A DNA stretch of 64,000 bases from assembly GCA_021513715.1 (NCBI GenBank), contig CP084167.1, forward strand, positions 1,696,001-1,760,000, in the 5' to 3' direction. The notes beneath the pieces are model-generated. The model was not told the DNA's origin. It saw only the letters and a list, made by a program, of their open reading frames with translations, and made no database searches. The DNA comes from Candidatus Heimdallarchaeum endolithica. Lineage in GTDB: Archaea; Asgardarchaeota; Heimdallarchaeia; Heimdallarchaeales; Heimdallarchaeaceae. A program made the translations under genes and the position numbers. Every line of letters begins with the position of its first letter. Position 1 is the first letter of the stretch. This document shows positions 29,001-38,402 of this stretch, one piece after another.

Positions 29001-29173
29001 CGCTTTAACAAATCAGAAAAAAGCTGGCGATTATCTTCAATTTTAGCTAATTCTGAAGGAGATTGAGTATCAATTTGAACAAAATCAAAACAATCTAAAT
29101 AATGTAATTTGGATACAAGAAGAAGGGAGTCGGAGGGTGACACCTGAACCTTTGAAAGTACTCTTTTTGCCAT
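26045..29173 (-). CDS. atpI: V/A-type ATPase subunit I (a) with duplicated soluble N-terminal domain
   Basis: FGIMFADVGHG, SNTLSFSRILA (essential Arg) and LRLHWVEFFSKFY; two WGW-ending N-domains. ATG at 29173 has a GGTGA SD. Confidence 0.9.
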   Translation of the reverse strand: MAKRVLSKVQVSPSDSLLLVSKLHYLDCFDFVQIDTQSPSELAKIEDNRQLFSDLLKRFTTISQELDLDLSNVYLYSEKNYSDVFDASRFLSELKSFLDTHETSYISLFEENRSLTKKHLIADKLHYFRHKFKNADISLDLLSPGPSTFSIVGEIHHSYEEVISFYIDEITKGLYYFWSIESSDPDFRLVFILTPQEYQDEVSTILEDFYFSSIDFELSVFADMFSDEETSKLTVANVHDFLHEKHDEILSQISELRDEHRETLLHFLTSINLMLELFDILEQGRTTETNFTLWGWIKPNDYLILEKELKELPFPVKLTQLRDVPLKYKKSKKISKDRGSLTLKEEKTIEKEIPPYHHLGNSKGGALFPKDVEFVKMEVPKEHTRKLISFIHNTGILHQEKIGRQSEDILNDIKQKRQNLTLLSSKISRYKQALGLSIPPAISDSKIAVKDNYDEAISFVEQFIADYGEKIENLSSELKELKAKETELKTYIPIYSYLSSDVKPYLDDPDFETCTFLGNIPKKNVKAVKFFLNEVSDGQLVFIEVDQPEKSDTVFVYILSLIDYKKSIQQILEEYSFELLSIDYSMISSESIESQLTNLQTEIEHKEHELDEIREKVEDKIFALEELIETEIKRLETEEKCKTDETTTTIWGWVPKDKVEDLKKETEKLDFPITMSEKQKVPLTNPSMTKHGNKVTKVFRGIVDGMGIPSTHEVDPFKIIQFTFPLIFGIMFADVGHGILLFLIGLFLTYKKNKKNIEPDESMSGFLYKGSELLTLSGFSSIIFGFLFGALLGDEVFLPHIYENVLHIEWLPLIEPTKEVPLFLLFSISIGFVLIQLGIWLRFIENKKYGHGVASWVSPIILSIFYVGLFAVLYNLMGAGATSRLIGGNALPSIPKPYSTIFTIIALVSIPLVFLFEYLHEGTEGIMEAIDHLIALFSNTLSFSRILAMLLVHAILSGLPYILAGVDTHNVSALASSWIYWLVGIVWGLVVIVPIEGMFSFLQTLRLHWVEFFSKFYKGEGVQYTPLLEKTKFIQYTTVAGE

Positions 29174-29658
29174 TAATTTCTCACCAGAATAGTAAGCACG
29201 ATAGTTTAACAAAAAAAAAGAAGAACAATTTTAAAATCTTCCTACTGAACATAAGACAAAAAAGATAGTGATCTTATAACTAAAAAATATGAGTAAATAT
29301 TGGAGAAGAAACAAGAAAGAAAAGAATGAACTACAAAAACAAAGAAGAGAGTTAAAAAATTAAAAAAGAGATTTGAAAAAAAGAATTGTTTGGTTTAAAA
29401 ATCAGTGAAATTTTTAAATTTTATTCGAGAATAATTTATTTTAAATGGAAAAACAGTAAAAAAAGAGAAATAATAACAAATATGCAAATAATCCAAAAAC
29501 AAAAAATGGAAGATGAATTCATTTAAAAAGAATGACCTAAGAATAACAAAAAGTTTAATAACTTTCTAAAGGTAACTAAGGTCAGTAACCAAATAGGTTA
29601 GATTTGTAAAGACAAGTCGAAAAAAAATTGAAAAAACCAAACAATAGGTGAAAAATTT

Positions 29659-30795
29659 ATGGAAGAAATAGTATCTGATAAACCGTTGGTAATAGACAAC
29701 GGAACAGGATTCACAAAAAATGGATTCGCAGGAGAAGATCAACCAAGAAGTGTGTTCCCAACGCTAATAGGTTATCCAAAATACCAAATAATAATGACTG
29801 ATGTTGAACATTACGTGAGAGAATACTATATAGGAGAAGAAGCACTAAACTTGAGAGGAGTGCTAAAACTAGTATACCCAATAGAACATGGACAAATAGG
29901 TGACTGGGACGCTATGGAAAGAATCTGGCATTACACCTTCTATAACGACCTAAGAGTTAATCCTAACGAGCATCCTATTTTGCTCACTGAACCTCCTCTG
30001 AACAAGAATGTAAACAAGGAAAAAATGGCAGAATTAATGTTTGACACCTTTAATGTTCCGGCTATGTATATTAGCATGCAAGCTATTCTTTCGCTTTATG
30101 CTTCAGGTCGTACTACAGGTATTGTAGTAGATAGTGGAGATGGTGTCACACACATAGTTCCTGTTTACGAAGGGTTCGCAATTAGCCATGCTATTCGAAG
30201 AGCAGATATTGGTGGACGTGACATTACAGACTATCTACGTCGGCTATTAAGACAAAGAGGATATTCATTAACAAGCAGTGCAGAAAGAGAAATTGTTCGT
30301 GATATTAAGGAACGTCTGTGTTACGTAGCTTTAGATCCTGAAAAAGAACTTAAACTTGCAGAAAAAGTTTCAGGTATGGAAAAGACTTACACATTACCAG
30401 ATGGAGAAACACTAAGCATTGGCGCAGAGCGCTTTATGGCTCCAGAATTATTCTTCAACCCTGGAGCAATAGGATCAGAAGAACTGCCTATGGATGAACA
30501 AATATATCAATCTATCACTGATTGTGATGTCGATCTTAGAAGAGATCTTTATTCCAACATCGTCCTTTCTGGTGGGTCAACAATGTTCCCAGGTTTGAAA
30601 GAGAGATTACACAAGGAACTAACGGAACTAGTACCAGAGACTATGGAAGTAAAAATCATTGCTCCTCCAGAAAGACGTTACAGCGTATGGATAGGAGGAA
30701 GCATACTAAGTAGTCTGAAAACATTTACAAAACTGTGGGTAACTAAGAAAGAATATAAGGAAACTGGGCCTACAGCCGTTTATAGATGCATTTAA
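29659..30795 (+). CDS. Asgard actin (eukaryote-like actin)
   Basis: [45 protein letters not shown] and [15 protein letters not shown]. Confidence 0.98.
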   Translation: MEEIVSDKPLVIDNGTGFTKNGFAGEDQPRSVFPTLIGYPKYQIIMTDVEHYVREYYIGEEALNLRGVLKLVYPIEHGQIGDWDAMERIWHYTFYNDLRVNPNEHPILLTEPPLNKNVNKEKMAELMFDTFNVPAMYISMQAILSLYASGRTTGIVVDSGDGVTHIVPVYEGFAISHAIRRADIGGRDITDYLRRLLRQRGYSLTSSAEREIVRDIKERLCYVALDPEKELKLAEKVSGMEKTYTLPDGETLSIGAERFMAPELFFNPGAIGSEELPMDEQIYQSITDCDVDLRRDLYSNIVLSGGSTMFPGLKERLHKELTELVPETMEVKIIAPPERRYSVWIGGSILSSLKTFTKLWVTKKEYKETGPTAVYRCI

Positions 30796-30799
30796 CTTA

Positions 30800-30880
30800 A
30801 TTTTTTTCTCTTTCTTTTCCTTTTTAATTTTAATTTTTATTTATAATTTTTTAATTATAATTTATAATTTTTTAATTTTC
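30800..30880 (+). terminator. Long T-rich terminator region with a 17-bp direct repeat
   Basis: T tracts after the actin stop; TTTATAATTTTTTAATT at 30840-30856 and 30861-30877. Confidence 0.6.
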
Positions 30881-31440
30881 GGCTGTAGGTTAGTTTCCTT
30901 ATTTATATTCCATCTTAGTTACCCACAATTTTTTTAATTGCTACATAGCTATTTCTTTTTTAAATGCTTTTTAGACTGCTTCTTGTTATGTTATTTTTGT
31001 TTTTTCTACTCTCTTTTTCTATTTGTTAGTGTTTGTTATTATTGTTTTTTTCTTATTTTTTTTTGGTCCCCCACGGTTTTCTCTTCTAAATTAATTCAAA
31101 CATTACCAATTTGTGTACTAATTTCACCTTCTAGAACTGTTATTTTTTGCTTTACTAATTTTTGAATAGTATTTTTGTACACACCGCCGCTCATTGCAAC
31201 AAGTTTCAGACGATTTCTTCACCTTCTTCCTTATATCTATTTCATTTAAGATGAATATTTTGAGATATTTTTTCCTTCAACACGATCAATAAACTTTTGT
31301 ACTTTCTTCCTTTTTCTTTTTCCATTTTTTGTTTGCTTACCTCTTTCATCTATTTCTCCAAAATTTTTTGTTATATTTTCTGGGTCATGATGAGAAAACT
31401 TTATTTTATTCTTTGAGTATACATTCTTTTAGGGGGTATA

Positions 31441-32379
31441 TTGTTGGACGTCAATTTACTCAGATCTTATTTATCTGAGCCTAGCTATCGCGCTGTTTTA
31501 TCAGAGATTATTCATTCCCATCGTAGCCGTTCTATTGACGAACTTTCTTCTCTTTTTCCTTCTTTAACTAGTAACTACTCTTTGACTAAAATTCTTAAGA
31601 AGTTTGTAGATATCGGTATAATTAAACGCAAGAAAATTTCTCTTGGTGCTCAAGAGCGCGAATTTTATTTTCCCAACAGGGAGCTCTTACGTAGCAATTT
31701 TTATCAAGATTTGCTTTTAGAATATGAAGATCTAAACTATCCATCTAAACTAGATCTGGAATTTACTTATCTCTGGGAAGATTGGCCCCAGTGCCTTATT
31801 GACAATTATTCTTTAACACTATATATTGTCACCAGTACTTACTTACCTGAAAACGTAGATATTTCACACTTAACAAAGCTCCTTACTGTTTGGGCTTTAA
31901 AATATGCTAATCTTTCTATTGAAAATATTCAGATTTCTAATATTGTTGATACTAAAGCAACCCCTGTTAAAACTAACAATTTAATAGTTATTGGCTCTGG
32001 AGAAGTCAACAGGGTTACTGCTGATATTTTATCTCTTTATGGTGACTCTTTACCTATTCGTTTTCAATCTAAATCCATATATAGTTCCTTAACTTCCAAA
32101 AATTATTCTTCTACAAAAGGTTCTATTGTAGGTTTACTTCCAAATCCTTGGAATCCTAGCAAAATTGCTTTAATCTGCTCTAGTATGAGTTATTTTGGAA
32201 CTAATATTTCGCTTAAAGCATTAATTGATGACCTTGATTCTATTATTCATCAAAAACCTAGAATTCTATCTAATCACTCTGTTTACTCTGAAATTCCCAT
32301 TCGTGTTCTTGCATCAGAAGAGAACACTAAAAATAAAGAAAAACTTGAAGGGCTAAAATCTTACATTTTTAAGGAGTAA
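31441..32379 (+). CDS. N-terminal winged helix fused to an S-layer-C-like alpha/beta domain
   Basis: LTKILKKFVDIGII...EFYF wing; NLIVIGSGEVNRVT and PNPWN motifs. Confidence 0.6.
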   Translation: MLDVNLLRSYLSEPSYRAVLSEIIHSHRSRSIDELSSLFPSLTSNYSLTKILKKFVDIGIIKRKKISLGAQEREFYFPNRELLRSNFYQDLLLEYEDLNYPSKLDLEFTYLWEDWPQCLIDNYSLTLYIVTSTYLPENVDISHLTKLLTVWALKYANLSIENIQISNIVDTKATPVKTNNLIVIGSGEVNRVTADILSLYGDSLPIRFQSKSIYSSLTSKNYSSTKGSIVGLLPNPWNPSKIALICSSMSYFGTNISLKALIDDLDSIIHQKPRILSNHSVYSEIPIRVLASEENTKNKEKLEGLKSYIFKE

Positions 32380-32529
32380 TTTTCACAATATTATTCAAAT
32401 ATACCCCCTTTTTTTTAGAACTTCTGCTTTTTTTCGTAATATCTTAATCAATTAATACTCTCATAATAATGATAGTTTCAAAGAGAGTTTACAAAAGAGA
32501 TATAAAGTTTGATATTTCTGGCACTTTTT

Positions 32530-33318
32530 TTATTTTCTCACGCTTACTTCAAGTTCAGGTAATCCTCCTATTTTCAATAAAACTGTATCACCCACTTTTA
32601 TTTTTCCTACTCCTTCTGGTGTTCCTGTTGCAATAATATCTCCTGGCTCTAAGGACATCACTTCAGAGACATATTCTATTATTCTTTCTGGTGGAAAAAT
32701 CATTTTCTTCGTGTTACTATTTTGTTTTAATTCTCCATTTACAAATGTTTGAATATTCAAGTTCTTTACTTGAGTGGTCAAGTCTATCCACGGGCCTAAA
32801 GGTCCAAAGGTGTCGAACCCTTTCGCTCTTGTCCACAATCTATCTTTTTTTTGTAAATCTCTAGCAGTTATATCTAAAAAACCAGTCCAAGCGTAATACT
32901 CTTCAGGCCATTGTGCTATATTTTCTGCTTTTTCACCTTTTATTTTTCTTCTTATTACTAGAGCTAGCTCTCCTTCAAAATCCACATGGCTTGACAAGGA
33001 AGGATAAATTATTCTTCCCTTATGAGGGATTAGAGAACTAGGAGGTTTTAAAAAGATTATTGGCTCTTCAGGTACTTCATTATCCAATTCTTTTGCGTGT
33101 TCACTATAATTTCTTCCAACACAAACAATTTTTGTTGGAGTTATTGGAATATCAATTTTTACCTTCTCTATCTCAATACCTGTTGGATCAAGGTCTATCT
33201 CTTCATGATTTTTTAAGATTTGCTCAATAGGAGATAGTATTTCATACACTTTCTCCTCTTTTTGATCAAATAGCACACTAAATTTTCTTTTTTCATAAAT
33301 GACCTTTCCTATTAACAA
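32530..33318 (-). CDS. Fumarylacetoacetate hydrolase family protein
   Basis: CVGRNYSEH, FEGELA, DITARD and GDIIATGTP motifs. Confidence 0.93.
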   Translation of the reverse strand: MLIGKVIYEKRKFSVLFDQKEEKVYEILSPIEQILKNHEEIDLDPTGIEIEKVKIDIPITPTKIVCVGRNYSEHAKELDNEVPEEPIIFLKPPSSLIPHKGRIIYPSLSSHVDFEGELALVIRRKIKGEKAENIAQWPEEYYAWTGFLDITARDLQKKDRLWTRAKGFDTFGPLGPWIDLTTQVKNLNIQTFVNGELKQNSNTKKMIFPPERIIEYVSEVMSLEPGDIIATGTPEGVGKIKVGDTVLLKIGGLPELEVSVRK

Positions 33319-33339
33319 AATAATCCCTTTTTTGCATTT

Positions 33340-35019
33340 TTATTTTTTAATTTTTGTTTTCTCTTTATTTTTTGTTTTAAATAATTCAAACTTTTCTGGC
33401 CGTAATAACATATAAGTTAGAATTCCAATTACAATTATCAATGCTGCAATATAAAAAGTTACTTTGTATGAATAAGCATCAGAATTTCCTCCTGAACTTA
33501 TCCAGTTAGCTATTTTTTGTGAGAACAGAAAGGCAACAATTACAGAAAAAACAAAAGAAATACTAAAAGATGATATCTGAATACTTTTTGTTTTATTTAA
33601 CTTAAAATAAGAAATAAAGAATGTAGCTAACCACATACATACGCTTACAATAAAGAATCCTACATATATTGAAAGAGTCACTAGATTTACGCCAACTATA
33701 CTATCTGCAACTGGACCTGTGATTAACGTTCCTCCTAGTCCCCAAGATAAATAAAAAGCAGCATTATAGTAACCCATCATTTTTCCTCTTATTTCAAGTG
33801 GAATAATCTTTGTTATCATTGAATAAGAGATAGTCTGTATCCAGACCCTAGATAATCCTAAAAGAGCCATATAGACAAAGATAAGTACAATAGACGGCGC
33901 AAAAGGTAGAATTAATGTTCCAACAAACAAAAAACTAAATCCAATTAACAATAGTGTATGATCACTGAAATGTTTAGTTAAAAAACCAACAAGCAACCCA
34001 CCAATTATCATTGCAATACTACTTGTATTTCTTAATTGAGCAACAATTACATCAGAAGCAGCAAAAGTTGACGGTAATCTTATGTAAATACTTACCATTT
34101 GGTTAATGCTATTTCCTCCGATATTTACAATTCCAAGAACTACTAAAATCCATACAAATAATTGCCATTCCCAACATATTTTTTGAGGATTCTTTACAGT
34201 GTTATTTTCTCCTTTTTTCTTCATGCTTTCTTCATTTTTATTCAAAATCGTATTGTTAATTGATACTACATCACTATCTTCTAGTTCAGCATAAGATTCA
34301 GGTATAAGGAACAAGGCTATAATACTGAAAACCATTATCCCTGAAGAAATAAAAAACAGATTTCCATTGGAAAATCCTTCTCCACCTAAGTATAAAAATC
34401 CACTTGCAGTAACACCTAATATATTTCCTATTCCTCCAATAAATTGGAGTCTACCCATTATTTTTCCTCTTTCAGTTTCTTTTGTTAGATCTGCTATCAG
34501 TGCAGTCCACCCTAGGTTACTACTACTCCATCCAGCTTCAATGATTGTGAAACCTATTATTATTGTATAAGCTGCTGCGTGAAGACTCTTGTTTATGGCC
34601 ATGTTCTTGTGAATAAAATATACTACAATATAACCCACAGCAGCATATAATTCTCCAAAAATGATTAATAGTCTCCTTTTTTGGAATTTGTCAGAAATTC
34701 TTCCCCAAACTGCTGATTGAGTTAGAATGTTTGCGACCATCGGTAATGTTGCATAAAGTGTCATTTCTGTGTTAGTTACACCCAGATTCTCCTTCAAATA
34801 TATACTTAGAAAAAAATAGAAGATCCCTCTTCTAAACATAGCCATTATCTGAAATATAGACAAGCTTACAAAATGCTTATTTCTCAAAGGTTTCACTCCA
34901 AGGAATATTTTATTTTTTGTCGTTTTGCTTTTTTTTGTAACGAATAAATAGTTTGTGTTTTGCCTATTTTTGTAATAAAAAAAAATTAAGTTAAAGTAAA
35001 CTTTTTTATATCGGTGCAA
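33340..35019 (-). CDS. MFS transporter (true start probably near 34896)
   Basis: Many TM helices; motif A WGRISDKFQKRR. Confidence 0.88.
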   Translation of the reverse strand: MHRYKKVYFNLIFFYYKNRQNTNYLFVTKKSKTTKNKIFLGVKPLRNKHFVSLSIFQIMAMFRRGIFYFFLSIYLKENLGVTNTEMTLYATLPMVANILTQSAVWGRISDKFQKRRLLIIFGELYAAVGYIVVYFIHKNMAINKSLHAAAYTIIIGFTIIEAGWSSSNLGWTALIADLTKETERGKIMGRLQFIGGIGNILGVTASGFLYLGGEGFSNGNLFFISSGIMVFSIIALFLIPESYAELEDSDVVSINNTILNKNEESMKKKGENNTVKNPQKICWEWQLFVWILVVLGIVNIGGNSINQMVSIYIRLPSTFAASDVIVAQLRNTSSIAMIIGGLLVGFLTKHFSDHTLLLIGFSFLFVGTLILPFAPSIVLIFVYMALLGLSRVWIQTISYSMITKIIPLEIRGKMMGYYNAAFYLSWGLGGTLITGPVADSIVGVNLVTLSIYVGFFIVSVCMWLATFFISYFKLNKTKSIQISSFSISFVFSVIVAFLFSQKIANWISSGGNSDAYSYKVTFYIAALIIVIGILTYMLLRPEKFELFKTKNKEKTKIKK

Positions 35020-35144
35020 TTTTCATCTTTTGAGGACAATGAATCCTGGTGAATATGAAACAATACAGTAAAATGCTTTCTTTTGGTTTAGTAGTTTATC
35101 TTTGTCCTCTTGGGAAAAAATGTTTTAAGGTGGAAAGATGGTAG
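35002..35144 (+). promoter_or_regulatory. thrS leader: TATA, hairpin, Thr-sensing uORF and +1-frame coupling ORF
   Basis: TTTTTTATA at 35002-35010; stem GAGGACAA (35032-35039) with TTGTCCTC (35102-35109); +1 frame open to TAG at 35142-35144, overlapping the thrS start. Confidence 0.75.
35039..35071 (+). CDS. Leader peptide MNPGEYETIQ
   Basis: ATG AAT CCT GGT GAA TAT GAA ACA ATA CAG TAA; Thr codon at the conserved position. Confidence 0.7.
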   Translation: MNPGEYETIQ

Positions 35145-37063
35145 AAGTAAAAGTAAAATTACCTGATAACAGTGAGATCGCCATTGAAAAGGGTAAAACA
35201 ATATTGGATTTAGCCAATAAAATAAGCCCCAATTTAGCAAAAGCATCTTTAGCAGCAAAAATAGATGATAAATTAGTGGATCTTACTTACCCAATTGAAC
35301 AAGATTGTAAAATAGAATTAATTACAGCCAGATCAGATGAAGCTTTTCATATTCTAAACCATAGTGCAGCTCATGTATTAGCTAGTGCTGTCGTTGAATT
35401 GTTTCCTGAAGCGAAGCCAACTATTGGACCCTCTGTTGATGAGGGATTTTATTACGATTTCGAGGTAAAAAAGCCCTTTTCTCAAGAGGATTTGGAAAAA
35501 ATAGAAAAGAAAATGATAGAGATAATAGAAGAAGATACTCCGTTTATTAGAGAAGAAGTTCCAATTCAAGAAGCTATCAAATACTATGAAAAAGTTGAGA
35601 AGAATAAATTCAAAGTAGAGATATTGAAAGAGATGCCAGATGTTGACACCGTTTCTTTTTATTCCCACCGAAACGGTAAATTCAAAGATCTTTGTAGAGG
35701 TCCCCATATCCCTTCAACAAAGAAAATTAAAGCAGTAAAAGTGCTTAATGCTTCTTCTGCTTTTTGGAGAGGAGATGCAAAAAGAGAATCCCTTCAAAGA
35801 GTATATGGTATCGCTTTTACTGACGCTAAAAAGTTAAAAAAACACTTGAAAATGCTTGAAGAAGCAAAAAAACGTGACCATAGAATTTTGGGACCACAAC
35901 TTGATCTATTCGATACTGCAGATGAGTGGGGACCTGGAATGCCATTAATTTATCCAAAAGGAACAATCCTCTTAGAAGTTATCAAAGAGTTTTGGAAAAA
36001 AGAACATAAAAAAGCAGGATATAAAGTTGTACAAACTCCTCATCTATTCAAAGAGATTGTATGGAAAACAAGTGGGCATTTAGATTATTACCTTGAAAAC
36101 ATGTATCCAGTAGATGCTAGAGGTGAACGTTGGTATGTTAAACCTATGAATTGTCCAGGACATATGATGATTTACAATAGAAAGACTTATTCTTACAGAG
36201 AGTTACCTGAACGAATAGCAGAAATGGGTACTGTGTATAGATATGAACTTTCAGGAGTATTACATGGTTTATTCAGAATTCGTGGTTTCACCCAAGATGA
36301 TAGTCACATTTTCATGCTTCCAGAGCAACTAGAAGATGAGATAGTAAAAATTATAGAGATGGTAAATCACTTTTATTCAGTGTTTGGATTCAAAGAATGG
36401 GAATTTTTCATTAGTACTAGACCTGAAAAATCTATTGGAACAGATGAAGGATGGGAACATGCTACAAAATCTTTAATGAATGCTATTGAAAGAGTTGGAA
36501 TCAAATATAAAATTAAACAAGGAGATGGAGCTTTTTATGGTCCAAAAATTGATGTTGATGTTAAAGATGCAATAGGAAGACGTTGGCAACTAGCAACCAT
36601 ACAAGTAGACTTTAACTTGCCAGAAAGATTTGATATAAATTACATTGGTGAAGATGGTCAAAAGCACAGACCATTCATTATTCATCGTGTAATATATGGA
36701 GCACTTGAACGCTTTTTAGCAATATTGGTAGAACATTATGCTGGAAAATTGCCTATATGGTTGAGCCCTGTACAAGCGATTGTTATTCCAATTACTGATG
36801 AACATATAAATTATGCAAAAAAGGTTGTAGAAATACTCGACAAGGAAGGAATTAGAGCAGAAGCTGATCTTTCAGGAGAACGAATGGAGTACAAAATAAG
36901 GCAAGCTAATCTTCAGAAAATACCTTACATTATTAATGTTGGAGGAAAAGAAATAGAAAACAATACTATAGCTGTTCGTGATCGAACTAATAAAGTGAGA
37001 TTCGGCGTAAAAATTGAAGAATTTGTTAAAGAAGTTAAAGAAAAAATAACAAATTATGAATAA
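35138..37063 (+). CDS. thrS: Threonyl-tRNA synthetase, bacterial/eukaryotic type (TGS and N2 editing domains)
   Basis: HSAAH, DLCRGPH, RDHR, KPMNCPGH and GAFYGPKID motifs. Confidence 0.97.
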   Translation: MVEVKVKLPDNSEIAIEKGKTILDLANKISPNLAKASLAAKIDDKLVDLTYPIEQDCKIELITARSDEAFHILNHSAAHVLASAVVELFPEAKPTIGPSVDEGFYYDFEVKKPFSQEDLEKIEKKMIEIIEEDTPFIREEVPIQEAIKYYEKVEKNKFKVEILKEMPDVDTVSFYSHRNGKFKDLCRGPHIPSTKKIKAVKVLNASSAFWRGDAKRESLQRVYGIAFTDAKKLKKHLKMLEEAKKRDHRILGPQLDLFDTADEWGPGMPLIYPKGTILLEVIKEFWKKEHKKAGYKVVQTPHLFKEIVWKTSGHLDYYLENMYPVDARGERWYVKPMNCPGHMMIYNRKTYSYRELPERIAEMGTVYRYELSGVLHGLFRIRGFTQDDSHIFMLPEQLEDEIVKIIEMVNHFYSVFGFKEWEFFISTRPEKSIGTDEGWEHATKSLMNAIERVGIKYKIKQGDGAFYGPKIDVDVKDAIGRRWQLATIQVDFNLPERFDINYIGEDGQKHRPFIIHRVIYGALERFLAILVEHYAGKLPIWLSPVQAIVIPITDEHINYAKKVVEILDKEGIRAEADLSGERMEYKIRQANLQKIPYIINVGGKEIENNTIAVRDRTNKVRFGVKIEEFVKEVKEKITNYE

Positions 37064-37076
37064 TTATTCTACTTTT

Positions 37077-38222
37077 TTATTCTTCTTCAAATAGTTCAAT
37101 AATTGTTTCCAATAACAAATTTGAATAAGTCACAACCTCGTCTTTTAATGTATATTCATCAGTCACATGTAATTGATCTAGTCTACCAGGACCAAAAATC
37201 ACAAAATCAGTATTGTTAGGTGGAACTAATACTGCTCCATCTGTGCCGTAGGTAACACCAACTATTTCCAAAATACCTTTCTTTTTGAGTTTTTCCTTTA
37301 ATTTGCCTAGAAATGCTATTTCTGAATTTGATTCGATTGGAGGGATAATATGCACTTCTTCAAACTTTGCTTGTGCATCCTCTTTAGAATTAAATAGTTT
37401 CAATATTCTATTTATTTTTTCTCTTATTTCATTATAATTAACAGAAGGAACAACTCTATAATCTAGAGTAAATTCACAATATTCAGGAACAACGTTGAAA
37501 GAAGTCCCTCCACTTATTTTACCAATATTAAGCGTTGAGTGGTTTAAAAGAGGGTGCTTAGTTGACGGTATAGTTGTCTTAATTTTTGCTATTAACTCAG
37601 CGGCTTTTTCTATAGCATTAACACCCAACTCAGGAGTTGAACCGTGAGCTGATTTACCAAATACTTTTATTTTTGCCCAATAAACGCCTTTTTGAGCAAT
37701 AGAAAGTTTTAATTCTGTTGGTTCACCTATTATAAGAAAATGAGTTGATTCCATTATATCAGTGTTTAAAGCAGCTTTAGCTCCCCCCATTCCAACCTCT
37801 TCATCACTTGTTATTAATAATTTTATTTTTTTTGTTAACTTTACGTTCTTTTCTTTTAATTTTAATAGAATTGCTATGTATGAAGCGATAGCTCCTTTCA
37901 TATCTGTTGCTCCTCGCCCATATATTCGTCCATTATGCTCAATCCCTTCAAATGGATCAAAAGCCCATTTTTTTTTATCTCCAGCAGGGACAACATCAAT
38001 ATGACCACATAATACTATACTTTCTTCACCTGAGCCATACTCTGCAAAAAGGTTGGCTCGATCTTCTGAGTACTCTTGAATTTCACACAATATACCTTTT
38101 TTAGAAAGGATTTTTTTCACATAATTAATTGCATCTATTGTTTTTCCAGGAGGATTTACTGTTTTAAACTGGATTAGTTTTTGTAAAATTGGAATTACTT
38201 CTATTTCTTTTATTTCATTCAT
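37077..38222 (-). CDS. M20 metallopeptidase (ArgE/DapE family)
   Basis: GHIDVV, GRGATDMKG, DEE and GEPT motifs. Confidence 0.92.
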   Translation of the reverse strand: MNEIKEIEVIPILQKLIQFKTVNPPGKTIDAINYVKKILSKKGILCEIQEYSEDRANLFAEYGSGEESIVLCGHIDVVPAGDKKKWAFDPFEGIEHNGRIYGRGATDMKGAIASYIAILLKLKEKNVKLTKKIKLLITSDEEVGMGGAKAALNTDIMESTHFLIIGEPTELKLSIAQKGVYWAKIKVFGKSAHGSTPELGVNAIEKAAELIAKIKTTIPSTKHPLLNHSTLNIGKISGGTSFNVVPEYCEFTLDYRVVPSVNYNEIREKINRILKLFNSKEDAQAKFEEVHIIPPIESNSEIAFLGKLKEKLKKKGILEIVGVTYGTDGAVLVPPNNTDFVIFGPGRLDQLHVTDEYTLKDEVVTYSNLLLETIIELFEEE

Positions 38223-38402
38223 TATTGTTCTTGAGGAATTATAGGCCCTTCTATAAAATTTTTGTTCTATTAATATTCTTTAGATTTCAATGTTTTGAGA
38301 TCGAAAATTTGCACCTAAAAATTAAGATATTTATAATCAAATTTTCCAGATATTACATTCATTTTAAAAACCCCTCATTATTTTTTTGTTGGTTGAACCA
38401 TC

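Noticed and set aside
30938-31165. 75-aa Phe/Cys-rich ORF after actin
   Set aside because: Artefact of the T-rich tract.
31174-31193. TTTGTACACACCGCC matching the universal SSU rRNA 1390 region (possible C/D guide or rRNA fragment)
   Set aside because: Only about 15 nt match, no D box (CTGA) follows the putative guide, and no other rRNA sequence is nearby. Chance is plausible.
35124-35137. AAGGTGGAA resembling the T-box antiterminator bulge
   Set aside because: It lacks the following ACC and the pairing helix, sits at SD distance from the thrS ATG, and is absent from the proS and leuS leaders. These leaders are not canonical T-boxes.
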